Below, in pieces: positions 28,203 through 37,910 of a DNA stretch of 64,000 bases. The stretch lies in assembly GCF_028288185.1 (NCBI RefSeq), contig NZ_JAQBOF010000004.1:177187-241186 (forward strand), given 5' to 3'. This DNA is from Mucilaginibacter sp. (GTDB taxonomy: Bacteria; Bacteroidota; Bacteroidia; Sphingobacteriales; Sphingobacteriaceae). Numbering within the stretch: position 1 is the first letter of the stretch; each line of letters starts with the position of its first letter. The translations under genes and the position numbers were made by a program. Below the pieces are notes generated by a model. That model was not told the DNA's origin, ran no database searches, and was given only the letters and a program-made list of their open reading frames with translations.

Positions 28203-29426
28203 ATGAGAAGAATACTATTTATCGGAATGATGCTGTTCCCTTTTTTGGCTATGGCGCAAGGTTTCCAGGTTAATTTGCACGGACAAAAGCAAATTGGCAT
28301 GGGCCATACTGGCACAGGATTATTGCAGGACGGAGCTTCGGTACTATTTAACCCCGGTGCGGTTGCCATGCTGCCCGAAAATTATGTGCAAGGCGGCATA
28401 AGCCCCTTATTTTTTAATTCGGCTTTTTTAGCTGCAGGTGCAAATCAACAAGAAAATAATAAGAACCAGGTTGCTACACCATTTAACGTGTATGCGGTAT
28501 GGGGCCCTAAAAATGCACCATGGAAAGTGGGCTTAGGCGTATATACACCATTTGGTGGTTTAACTGATTGGGGTACTTCATGGACAGGCAAATACTCTTT
28601 AGAGAGTCTGAATTTGAAAGCTATTTATTTTCAGCCTACTATAAGCTATAAATTAAGCAATATAGTAAGCATTGGCGCAGGTTTTGTTTATAACCATGCC
28701 AGTGTTGATCTTACCCGTGGCATCCCGGTATCAAGCAGCACGGCGTCAAGTGGCCAAGCCGAGTTAAAAGGCAACGGTAAAGGTTACGGTTTTAACGCGG
28801 GCATATTTGTTAAGCCCAGCCAAAAAGTTAGCTTAGGTTTAACTTATCGTTCTAAAGTTAATACTACTATTGATGGTGGTACGGCTACTTTTGCCGTTCC
28901 AAATGCTTTGGCAGCTAATTTTCCGTCGCCTAATACATTTTCGTCATCAATTCCCTTACCATCTACTACATCGTTAGGTATAGGTTATTATCCAACTAAT
29001 AAATGGACGGTGGCTTTGGATCTGGAATATGTAAACTGGGATGTTTATAAATCGTTAGATTTTAATTACGGACAAACTACTGCTACGCTGCAAAACACAC
29101 ATTCGCCACGTAACTATAAAAACGCTTACGATTTTAGGGGTGGTGCCGAATATAAAGCCTGCACTAATGTTGCTTTGCGTTTTGGCGGTGGTTATGCCAC
29201 AACCCCGGTTCAGGATGGTTATGTAACGCCAGAGGCGCCTGATGCTAATCGGATATATGGTACGTTAGGGTTTGGCTACAAACTGGCCAAAAAGCTTGAT
29301 CTTGATGTTTCACTGGAGTTTGAGCACTTAATGAGCCGTACCCAAACCAATATAGAAACCAACCTGGCAGGCACATTTAAAACAGATGTAACCATACCGG
29401 GCGTAGCCCTTGTTTATCACTGGTAA
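28203..29426 (+). CDS. OmpP1/FadL/TodX family outer-membrane transporter
   Basis: AQGFQVN..GMG, NPGA hatch motif, beta-barrel pattern, C-terminal W. Confidence 0.9.
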   Translation: MRRILFIGMMLFPFLAMAQGFQVNLHGQKQIGMGHTGTGLLQDGASVLFNPGAVAMLPENYVQGGISPLFFNSAFLAAGANQQENNKNQVATPFNVYAVWGPKNAPWKVGLGVYTPFGGLTDWGTSWTGKYSLESLNLKAIYFQPTISYKLSNIVSIGAGFVYNHASVDLTRGIPVSSSTASSGQAELKGNGKGYGFNAGIFVKPSQKVSLGLTYRSKVNTTIDGGTATFAVPNALAANFPSPNTFSSSIPLPSTTSLGIGYYPTNKWTVALDLEYVNWDVYKSLDFNYGQTTATLQNTHSPRNYKNAYDFRGGAEYKACTNVALRFGGGYATTPVQDGYVTPEAPDANRIYGTLGFGYKLAKKLDLDVSLEFEHLMSRTQTNIETNLAGTFKTDVTIPGVALVYHW

Positions 29427-29437
29427 TTTAATTAACA

Positions 29438-30733
29438 ATGAAGATGAAGAATTTTAAATACATATTTATACTGGGTGTATTTGGCTTTTTAGGAGCCTGC
29501 AAACCCACCATTACTGCGCCGACAGCGACAGGTTCGGTAGATTTTACAAGATACATCGCCGTTGGTAACTCTTTAACCGCGGGCTATGCTGATGGTGGTT
29601 TATACCTAACCGGCCAGTTAAACTCGTACCCCAGCATTATTGCCAAACAAATGGCAACTGTTGGCGGCGGCAGTTTTGCCCAACCGTTATTTACTACCGA
29701 CCAGGCAAGCGGTACAGGCTATCAAACCTTAACCGGCTTTAGCAGCACCGGGTCGCCTGTACTTACCCCTGTTGTGGCTACTGCGGTGCGGGGCAGTATT
29801 CCCTTACCGGGTTTAGGTACAATCCCATTGTTTACAAAATACAGTGGCGCGTTAGAGAATTATGGCGTACCGGGTATAAAATTGAATGATATATTAAACC
29901 CTGCTTATGGTAATGGCAACCCCTATTATGAGCGTTTATTGCCTGGGGCCAGCCCGACCAATACCACACCATATCTGGACTTTGTTACCGCTAAATCATT
30001 TACCTTTTTTACCAATTGGTTGGGTAATAACGATGCACTTAGCTATGCAACAAGCGGCGGGGCTAGTAATGACTTGACTGACAAGGCTGCTTTCGCCACC
30101 ACCTACAATACACTAATAACACGCTTAACGGCTACCGGCGCAAAAGGCGCATGCGCAACCATCCCTGATGTTACTACCATACCTTATTTTAATACGGTTA
30201 CTATAGGTGCTATTTTAGCGGGTGTACAAAAAGTTGCTCCTACAATTACTGCATTATATATTAGTGCACGTAATACAGATGGTACCTACAGCACACGTGC
30301 TGCTACGACCGCCGATTTGATAGTACTAACTTTCCCCACAAGTAAAATAAGTGCGACAACAGGGTATGGCTTAGATCCACGCAATCCTATTGAAACCCAG
30401 TATGTATTAGACGCTAACGAGGTTGCTTTGGTAAAAGATTATGTAAGCGCTTATAACACTACTATAAAAGCGACAGCGGCTGCAAAAGGTTTGGCGGTGT
30501 TTGATTCGTTTAATTTCTTAACCAATTTAAAAAATAACGGCTTGCTAATAAATGGAATAGGCCTTAACTCAAATTATATAAGCGGTGGCATATTCTCATT
30601 AGATGGGGTGCATTTAACGCCGCGCGGTTATGCTATTGTGGCTAACCAGTTTATTATAGCTATTAATAGCCAGTATGGTTCTAACATTCCATTGGCAAAT
30701 GTTTCTGCATACAATGGGGTATTGTTACCATAA
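29438..30733 (+). CDS. SGNH/GDSL lipase-like lipoprotein
   Basis: Lipobox LGAC; VGNSLTAG, WLGNND, FSLDGVH. Confidence 0.88.
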   Translation: MKMKNFKYIFILGVFGFLGACKPTITAPTATGSVDFTRYIAVGNSLTAGYADGGLYLTGQLNSYPSIIAKQMATVGGGSFAQPLFTTDQASGTGYQTLTGFSSTGSPVLTPVVATAVRGSIPLPGLGTIPLFTKYSGALENYGVPGIKLNDILNPAYGNGNPYYERLLPGASPTNTTPYLDFVTAKSFTFFTNWLGNNDALSYATSGGASNDLTDKAAFATTYNTLITRLTATGAKGACATIPDVTTIPYFNTVTIGAILAGVQKVAPTITALYISARNTDGTYSTRAATTADLIVLTFPTSKISATTGYGLDPRNPIETQYVLDANEVALVKDYVSAYNTTIKATAAAKGLAVFDSFNFLTNLKNNGLLINGIGLNSNYISGGIFSLDGVHLTPRGYAIVANQFIIAINSQYGSNIPLANVSAYNGVLLP

Positions 30734-30759
30734 TGTCGATTCAATAAAGCTATAGATAG

Positions 30760-30791
30760 AGCCGCGTCAGTTTTTTTGACGCGGCTTTTTT
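30760..30791 (+). terminator. intrinsic terminator
   Basis: AGCCGCGTCA/TGACGCGGCT stem plus T-run. Confidence 0.85.
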
Positions 30792-30878
30792 GTGGGCGAT
30801 ATATGCTGATTAATAATTAATTTTATAAAACCGCTTATACCCTAACGGGTTCTATATACATAATTAAACCAAATTATC

Positions 30879-31868
30879 ATGAAAAAGTGGATCATAGTAT
30901 TACCTGTATTGCTTTTAATATGCGTAGGGTTTTATAGCGTAAAAGAAGGCGAATGGACACTGATGAATTCAACCAATGCACCCGGCTCGCGTAACGAATG
31001 TGGGTTTGCCGCGGTTAACGGTAAGTTGTACTTGGTGGGTGGCGATGCCCCGGCAATGGCTGTTCAGATCTATGACCCTGCAACTTCAAGCTGGACGAAG
31101 GGTGCGATGGCTCTGTCCATTATGCACCATTTCCAGGCGGTAGGTTTGGGCGATAAGGTTTATGTGCTGGATGCTTTTTCGGATAGGAATTATCCAAATC
31201 AAATTCCGTTAGCTAATACCTACAGCTATGATACCAAAGCTGATACCTGGCAGCAATTAGCCGCATTACCCGAAAACCGCAGACGAGGTGGCGCAGGTGC
31301 CGCCGTTTATAAGGGCAAACTTTACCTGGTATGCGGCATATTGCACGGCCACAATACCGGCACCAGCGGCCTGTTTGATGTTTATGACCCTGCAACAAAC
31401 ACCTGGGCAAGTTTGCCTGATGCCCCCCATATACGCGACCATAGTATGGCTGTGGTGGTTAAGGATAAACTGTATGCCGTTGGTGGACGAAATACCAGTT
31501 TACATGATGCCAATAATTTTATGTCGTTTTTTGATAAGGTGGTATTGGATGTGGATTGCTATGATTTTAAAACAGGTAAGTGGAATACCCTCGCCGCAAA
31601 ACTACCTATGGGCACCGGCGGTGCAACCTGCGTAAACCTTGATAATAAAATATTTTACATAGGCGGTGAGCGTGCAACTGCTACCAAACCCAATGGCCCT
31701 CAAAAGGATGTCTATTATTTAGATCCTGAAACTGGTAAAGAATGGCAGGTTGCCCCAAGTTTAAACAAAGCCCGTAATGGTGTTGGCGGCGCGGTACTTG
31801 ATGATAAAATATATATTGCCGGCGGGGCGGGCGATGATATTGGGTTAGAGGTTTTTGGATGGAAATGA
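30879..31868 (+). CDS. secreted Kelch-repeat beta-propeller protein
   Basis: Six GG..Y...W Kelch repeats; signal peptide. Confidence 0.88.
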   Translation: MKKWIIVLPVLLLICVGFYSVKEGEWTLMNSTNAPGSRNECGFAAVNGKLYLVGGDAPAMAVQIYDPATSSWTKGAMALSIMHHFQAVGLGDKVYVLDAFSDRNYPNQIPLANTYSYDTKADTWQQLAALPENRRRGGAGAAVYKGKLYLVCGILHGHNTGTSGLFDVYDPATNTWASLPDAPHIRDHSMAVVVKDKLYAVGGRNTSLHDANNFMSFFDKVVLDVDCYDFKTGKWNTLAAKLPMGTGGATCVNLDNKIFYIGGERATATKPNGPQKDVYYLDPETGKEWQVAPSLNKARNGVGGAVLDDKIYIAGGAGDDIGLEVFGWK

Positions 31869-31995
31869 TAATTAATATTTGATAGGTGATTCACAAAAAA
31901 GTGAATCACTTGAATCACTTTTTGCTTGCAAGTTATTGTAAATGAGAATATTGACAGAGCCGAGTGAATCACCACTTCTACGAGTAAAAAATTGT

Positions 31996-32024
31996 GTAGG
32001 AAACGCAAAATATTGCGTCTCTAC
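31996..32024. repeat. GTAG-type REP palindrome
   Basis: Reverse complement GTAGAGACGCAATATTTTGCGTTTCCTAC. Confidence 0.7.
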
Positions 32025-32028
32025 GGGA

Positions 32029-33648
32029 TTAATCTCCTAACAAAGCCCTCAAATTATCCAACGTATCTGCTTCCTCTTTAGGCTTATCATGCCGCCAGCG
32101 CAGGATACGGGGGAAACGCAGCGCAATGCCCGATTTATGCCGGGTAGATCTGTTTATCCCTTCAAAACCTATCTCAAAAACTAATTCTGGTTTTACGGTG
32201 CGTACCGGGCCAAATTTTTCGAGAGTGTTACGTTTTACAAAATAATCAACTTTGTTTATTTCGGCATCAGTAAGGCCGGAGTAGGCTTTGGCAAATGGTA
32301 CAAGCTTATCGCCATCCCAAACGGCGAAGGTATAATCGGTATACAGATCGGCGCGGCGGCCATGTCCCTTTTGGGCGTAGATCATTACCGCATCTACCGA
32401 TAACGGGTCTATCTTCCATTTCCACCAGTCGCCACGTTTGCGGCCAACCTGGTAAGTGGCGCTTTTACGTTTCAGCATTATGCCTTCGGCTATCATGGCT
32501 CTTGATTGTTCGCGGAATGTCCCCAGTTCATCCCAGCTAGTAAATTTTATTAATGCCGATATGCGGAATATTTCAGGGAACGCAGTTGCCACTTGTAAGT
32601 TCTCCAGTATTTCCCGTCTTTCGCTTTGTGTTTTAGTACGGATATCCTCGCCGGCATATTCCAGGCAATCATAAGCGATCAAGGCAATGGGGCTTTCTTC
32701 CAATATTTTTTTGCTGAGATTTTTACGGCCTATGCGGGTTTGCAACACATTAAAAGACATGGGCAAACCGTTTTTAAAACTTAGTATTTCGCCATCTAAC
32801 ACGGTGCCATCAGGCAAGGCATTTAAGAACGGATGCAATTCCGGAAATTTTTCCGTAGCCAAATCTTCGCCACGGCTCCAGATAAATATTTTGCCATCGC
32901 GCTTTATTAATTGCGCGCGTATGCCGTCCCATTTCCATTCGGCCTGCCATTCATTAGCATCGCCCAATGCTGTTTTTAAGTCATCTGCTGATTTTTGTTT
33001 TTCCGAGGTCTCTTGTATGGGATAAGCCAAAAAGAACGGATAGGGTCGGGATATATCATCGGCAGCACCTTGCTCTTGTATTAGCCGCTCGTATGTATAA
33101 GTTTCGGGCATCCAGTTACCCATTATCCGGTGAGTTAGAGTAGGTGCATCTAGTTTAGTGATATCCGCCAGAGCCTTAATGACCAGGCTTTGAGATACCC
33201 CTACACGAAAACTACCCGTTAATAATTTATTAAATACAAACCGTTCCTGCGTGTCCAGCATTGCCCATGAGTCTATGAGCCATAACTTGCGTTCTACTTC
33301 GGTTTTTGTGCCAAGCTCATTTAGTTCGCCGATCCAGTCGGTTAAGGTTTTGCTACTGGTGACGGTAGTGTTTTGCGGCATTAACAGGGCCATGGTTTCG
33401 GCAAGATCGCCTACTACCTGATAGCTTTCTTCAAATAGCCATATAGGTATGTTGGTTATCTCGGTAGCCCAGGTACGTATTTGTGTAGCATTAATAACCC
33501 GTTTAGGTTTGCGGCCGGTAAACAGGGCCAGCATATGCATTTTATCGGTATCGGGTACGCAATTAAAATAGTCTTTTACAACCTTTACCTTTTCGTTGGT
33601 TTTATTGGTTTCGTCTAAGGAAAGGAAGAGTTGGGCAAAGGCTTTCAT
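32029..33648 (-). CDS. ATP-dependent DNA ligase
   Basis: EWKWDGIR adenylation motif, LDGE, EGIMLK, W.KWK, LRFPRI..WR.DK. Confidence 0.95.
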   Translation of the reverse strand: MKAFAQLFLSLDETNKTNEKVKVVKDYFNCVPDTDKMHMLALFTGRKPKRVINATQIRTWATEITNIPIWLFEESYQVVGDLAETMALLMPQNTTVTSSKTLTDWIGELNELGTKTEVERKLWLIDSWAMLDTQERFVFNKLLTGSFRVGVSQSLVIKALADITKLDAPTLTHRIMGNWMPETYTYERLIQEQGAADDISRPYPFFLAYPIQETSEKQKSADDLKTALGDANEWQAEWKWDGIRAQLIKRDGKIFIWSRGEDLATEKFPELHPFLNALPDGTVLDGEILSFKNGLPMSFNVLQTRIGRKNLSKKILEESPIALIAYDCLEYAGEDIRTKTQSERREILENLQVATAFPEIFRISALIKFTSWDELGTFREQSRAMIAEGIMLKRKSATYQVGRKRGDWWKWKIDPLSVDAVMIYAQKGHGRRADLYTDYTFAVWDGDKLVPFAKAYSGLTDAEINKVDYFVKRNTLEKFGPVRTVKPELVFEIGFEGINRSTRHKSGIALRFPRILRWRHDKPKEEADTLDNLRALLGD

Positions 33649-34748
33649 GTTACACCAACCCTCTCTAAATCTTCCCCGGAAGGGGAGGCTTTTTGATTAG
33701 TATCAGAACCATACTCTTCAAACTCTTCCCCTTCGGGAGGAGGCTGGGTGGGGGCTCCTTCATCATCGCCATATAAAGTATGCACCTCATGCGCGTCAAA
33801 ACCTATCTCGTTTAAGTAACGGGTAAAACTGGCGGTATAGCCGTGGGTTAGATATACCTTTTCGCAGCCGGTGGCGTCAATAGCGCTTATTAAACCGTCC
33901 CAATCAGCATGGTCAGACAGGATAAAACCACGGTCTGCAGCACGGCGCCTTTTCGCTCCGCGGATAGCCATCCAACCCGAACAATACCCGAAGCTATAAG
34001 GCTGAAACTTGCGCATCCACGGCGTGCCTACGGATGATGGCGGGGCCAGGATGATCCCTTTACGTATTTCTTCTTTAGGGGTATCCGGCGTTATTCTTTC
34101 GGTTGGATTAAGGATAACACCATTGCGTCGCAAAGCCTCGTTAGTATTTTCAATAACCCCGTGCGTATATACTTTGCCAATGGATAGGTCAAGGTTTTGC
34201 AGAATGCGTTGGGCCTTACCTAATGAGTAGCCCACAATTACAGTAGATACGCCATTTCTGGCGTTATTGCGCCACCAGTTATTTACTTCGTCAAATATCT
34301 GTACCTGTGGTTTCCATTGGTAAACGGGCATACCGAATGTACACTCGGATATAAAGTGATGACACTTAACCGGCTCGAAAGCTGTTGATATGCCATCATC
34401 TTCCGTTTTATAATCGCCTGATACTACCCAAACCTCGCCCTGGTACTCAACTCTTATTTGAGCCGAGCCTATCACATGCCCTGCGGGATAAAGTGAAATA
34501 GCTACACCGTTCTTTATAACCGTTTCGCCATATTTAACAGTTTGCAGTTGTATATCGCCCAAGCGATAAAGCAGTACTTCTTTAGATAGATAATGGGCCA
34601 GGTAATGCTTATGCCCCACGTAAGCATGGTCGGCATGGGCATGGGTAATTACCGCATCGTTAACTGGTTCCCAAGGGTCAATGTAGAATTTGCCTTTGGC
34701 GCAATATATTCCTTTGTCGGTAAACTCAAGCAGCGGTTTTTTAGCCAT
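33645..34748 (-). CDS. ligase-associated DNA damage response exonuclease (MBL/beta-CASP)
   Basis: THAHADH, AGHVIGSAQ, SGDYK, ECTFG, SDHADW; ATGA overlap with ligase. Confidence 0.92.
   Translation of the reverse strand: MAKKPLLEFTDKGIYCAKGKFYIDPWEPVNDAVITHAHADHAYVGHKHYLAHYLSKEVLLYRLGDIQLQTVKYGETVIKNGVAISLYPAGHVIGSAQIRVEYQGEVWVVSGDYKTEDDGISTAFEPVKCHHFISECTFGMPVYQWKPQVQIFDEVNNWWRNNARNGVSTVIVGYSLGKAQRILQNLDLSIGKVYTHGVIENTNEALRRNGVILNPTERITPDTPKEEIRKGIILAPPSSVGTPWMRKFQPYSFGYCSGWMAIRGAKRRRAADRGFILSDHADWDGLISAIDATGCEKVYLTHGYTASFTRYLNEIGFDAHEVHTLYGDDEGAPTQPPPEGEEFEEYGSDTNQKASPSGEDLERVGVT
33655..33754. repeat. family A REP doublet inside the exonuclease C-terminal coding region
   Basis: CCCTCTCTAAATCTTCCCCGGAAGGGGAGGCTTT ... 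AAACTCTTCCCCTTCGGGAGGAGGCTGGGTGGGGG, same layout as 22078-22174. Confidence 0.8.
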
Positions 34749-34786
34749 GTAAAATAAACCATTACAAGCCTAATTGGTTTTAAACC

Positions 34787-34818
34787 AAAAAAATCCCGGT
34801 TTATGGCCGGGATCTTTT
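34787..34818 (-). terminator. intrinsic terminator
   Basis: ATCCCGG/CCGGGAT stem with A/T runs on both sides. Confidence 0.75.
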
Positions 34819-34837
34819 AATATATCAATACTATAAT

Positions 34838-36982
34838 TTACTTTTTAATAACCGCACCAACCCGGGTAACTTTACCATCCAGGTTAATATAATCTATTAA
34901 TATCTGGCCTGCTTCAATTTTTAAAGGATCAAGATCCTCTTTTTTAGGTTTTGCTTCGCCTTTCTTTAAAGGTTTAAATCCTAATGCTACGCGCAGGTCA
35001 TTGTCACGGTTCAATGTTCTTTGCTCATCATCACTGCGTTGTTTTTTAAGCTGCTCTTCGTTAAGCGATACAGATTTTTCTTTTTCGCTTTTTCTGTAAT
35101 CAGCAATTGTTTGTGTAAACGCTTTGTAGCTTGCGCTGGTGCTTACACGTTGCTCATGCATTTTGTTTAATTGCGGGATAGCAGCAGATAAATCACCTGC
35201 TTTAACATAATCGCTCTTAGGGATAACATCGAAAGGTAAAGCTGATGGATCAGTATCTTCGCCATATTTATCCATCGGAATTAATGACGGGAACTGGATA
35301 TCAGGTATAACGCCTTTATGTTGGGTTGAGTTGCCACTAATGCGATAGAACTTAGCTATAGTCAGGTTTAACTGGCCGAAGTTGTTTTCGCTGCCTGTTG
35401 ATACCGGTTTTTTACCGCTGCTTGCAGTTAAGCCTAGTTTCTCGGCAATAGATGGCGTAATTACTTTATCCAGGTCTATCTCATTTTGTACAGTACCTTT
35501 ACCATAAGTTTGGGTGCCGATGATTAAACCACGACCGTAATCTTGTATCGCGCCTGCAAAAATTTCGGATGCTGACGCGCTAAAACGATCAACCAATACA
35601 GCCATTGGGCCAGCGTATGCTATTGATGGGTCTTCGTCTTTGTTAACATCTATTTGTTCCTGGCTATCTCTAACTTGTACTACCGGACCGGTTTTTATAA
35701 ATAGGCCGGTTAATGATATGGCTTCGTTTAATGAACCGCCACCATTTTCACGTAAGTCTACAACAATTCCATCCACATTTGCACGCTTTAGGGTATCCAA
35801 TATCAGCTTCATATCGCGGGTGGTACTTTGGTAGTTAGGGTCGCCTGCACGATAAGCTGCAAAATCAGCATAAAAAGCAGGGACGTTAATTATACCGATT
35901 TTATAGGTTTTACCATTACTGTTGTAGGTTTTTATTTCCTGCTTAACCAATGCATCCTTTAAAACAATTTTCTCACGAACCAACTCTAAAATTTTTGGCT
36001 GATCTGATATTGTTTTGCCTTGAGGTAATATTTTAAGCCTAACTACAGTGCCTTTTGTGCCGCGAATTAGTTTAATGGCATTATCTAATCGCCAGCCAAT
36101 AATGTCCTGGAACTCGCCGTCTTTACCTTGTGCGACAGCTAATATTCTATCACCTGTATTTATTTGATGGCTTTTATCGGCAGGGCCGCCGGCAACAATT
36201 GATTCTATGGTTACATATTCGTTTTTACTTTGTAACGTTGCGCCAATACCTTGTAATGATCTTGACATCTCCATGTTAAACTGCGCTGCATGGAATGGAT
36301 CGAAATAGTTGGTATGCGGATCGATCGATTCGGTAAAATCATCCATAAATATCTGGAAAACATCATTTGTATTTAACTTGCCGTTTTGCAGCAACAAATC
36401 TTCATAACGTTTTTTTAGCTTCTCTTTATTTTTAGCCATGTCAGTACTGGCTATAGACAGGTTAAGCAGATCGTACTTTACGCGTTTGGTCCACTCAACA
36501 TTCATCGCGCTTTCAGAAGCAACCCATGGCAGGTCTGCACGATCATAAGTAAATGATTCATTTTGAGTGAAATCAAAGTTCTTATCTAATTGCGCTATCG
36601 AATATTTTATACGCTCTTCGTATCTTTTTTGAAACACATTGAACATATAATATATATCATTTAGATTGCCATTTTTGATATCATCGCTCAACGAATTTTT
36701 GTATTTATCAAAGTCCTTAATATCCGTACCCAGTAAATAATTGTGGCCCTCGTCTAAACTTTTAATATAGCGGGTATAGATCACTGCCGATAAAGAATCA
36801 TTTAACTCAACCTTTTTATAGTTGTATTGTGATATAAATTTAGCTACAGTTTTACAAACCATGCTTTGCTGCTCGGTTGGTTGTAAATTGTTTGATCCGG
36901 GTACGTCAACCGGTCTGACAGGAGCTGCCTTGCAAGCTAGTGCGGCGCCAATGGCCAGCACAAAATAAAATCTCTTGAACAT
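34838..36982 (-). CDS. prc: tail-specific (Prc-like) S41 carboxy-terminal protease
   Basis: DPHTNYF, PDZ, DLRENGGGSL, SASASEIFAGAIQDYGR, GKGTVQ; start MFKRF at 36982 preferred. Confidence 0.9.
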   Translation of the reverse strand: MFKRFYFVLAIGAALACKAAPVRPVDVPGSNNLQPTEQQSMVCKTVAKFISQYNYKKVELNDSLSAVIYTRYIKSLDEGHNYLLGTDIKDFDKYKNSLSDDIKNGNLNDIYYMFNVFQKRYEERIKYSIAQLDKNFDFTQNESFTYDRADLPWVASESAMNVEWTKRVKYDLLNLSIASTDMAKNKEKLKKRYEDLLLQNGKLNTNDVFQIFMDDFTESIDPHTNYFDPFHAAQFNMEMSRSLQGIGATLQSKNEYVTIESIVAGGPADKSHQINTGDRILAVAQGKDGEFQDIIGWRLDNAIKLIRGTKGTVVRLKILPQGKTISDQPKILELVREKIVLKDALVKQEIKTYNSNGKTYKIGIINVPAFYADFAAYRAGDPNYQSTTRDMKLILDTLKRANVDGIVVDLRENGGGSLNEAISLTGLFIKTGPVVQVRDSQEQIDVNKDEDPSIAYAGPMAVLVDRFSASASEIFAGAIQDYGRGLIIGTQTYGKGTVQNEIDLDKVITPSIAEKLGLTASSGKKPVSTGSENNFGQLNLTIAKFYRISGNSTQHKGVIPDIQFPSLIPMDKYGEDTDPSALPFDVIPKSDYVKAGDLSAAIPQLNKMHEQRVSTSASYKAFTQTIADYRKSEKEKSVSLNEEQLKKQRSDDEQRTLNRDNDLRVALGFKPLKKGEAKPKKEDLDPLKIEAGQILIDYINLDGKVTRVGAVIKK

Positions 36983-37181
36983 ATCTTTTACTAACGTTAA
37001 TTTCGGTATTATTATTTGGTACATCAATACTTGTGCCTATTATTTAATTGCTAAATGTAAAAAAAGAGATGATAAAACCTCATCCCTTACTATAAGACTA
37101 ATAACAAGTAACAATATTACAATAATGTTTTACTGTTTTGCTATTCCCCTAAGTATTTTACTTAATTGTTATAAACGGAGT

Positions 37182-37811
37182 TTAGTTTATTGGGGTTTTG
37201 CTGTTAGCAATTTCTACAGCTTCGGCATAGCGTAACTCTGCTTTTACAGCCGCTATTTTGTTGGTTTGTAAATACTTTATTTTTTTATTTATTGCGGTAA
37301 GATCAGTTTGCATGCCTTTTGCCACAGCTATATCATGTGCTTCCTGCAAATCAACCATTGCCAATGGTACTTCGCCGATAGTGGTTTTTATATCAGCTAA
37401 AACTAATAGGTTATCCAGTAAATGCCTGATGTTTTCGGCCTGGCGGGCAATGGCGTTACTTTGTAATAAATACCATTTAGCTTCAGAGAAACGGTTTTGC
37501 TGCAAATACAAGGCAGCCAGATCACTAAAATTATAGCTGGCTAAATTGTATTGCCTGAAACGCATATTGTGTTTCGCTTCTTTTAAAACCACCTCTTCGG
37601 CAAGCTCAAGGTTGTATACAGTGCGCGGCAAATCTACTCCATGTATATTTTGGGCCGATGTATTAATAGTAGTGTTAAATATTATTACCAGTTGTGTTTG
37701 TACGGCGGTTAATACTACTGGAGCTACCGGTTTTGGTTTTTTACGCCAAAATTGGGCGGATGCTGTTAAACCTGATGCACAAAATAAAAGGAGTAATATG
37801 TATTTCCTCAA
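37182..37811 (-). CDS. secreted hypothetical protein, TPR-like helices
   Basis: Signal peptide; helical repeats (LAALYLQQNRFSEAKWYL); TTG start. Confidence 0.7.
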   Translation of the reverse strand: MRKYILLLLFCASGLTASAQFWRKKPKPVAPVVLTAVQTQLVIIFNTTINTSAQNIHGVDLPRTVYNLELAEEVVLKEAKHNMRFRQYNLASYNFSDLAALYLQQNRFSEAKWYLLQSNAIARQAENIRHLLDNLLVLADIKTTIGEVPLAMVDLQEAHDIAVAKGMQTDLTAINKKIKYLQTNKIAAVKAELRYAEAVEIANSKTPIN

Positions 37812-37910
37812 GATTTGCTGTTTTAATTAATTAAGTCAAATATAACGATATTTTTTGCCGAATATTATATAGGCAATTTACGTAATTGTCTGTAAGTTAA
37901 CAATAATAAT

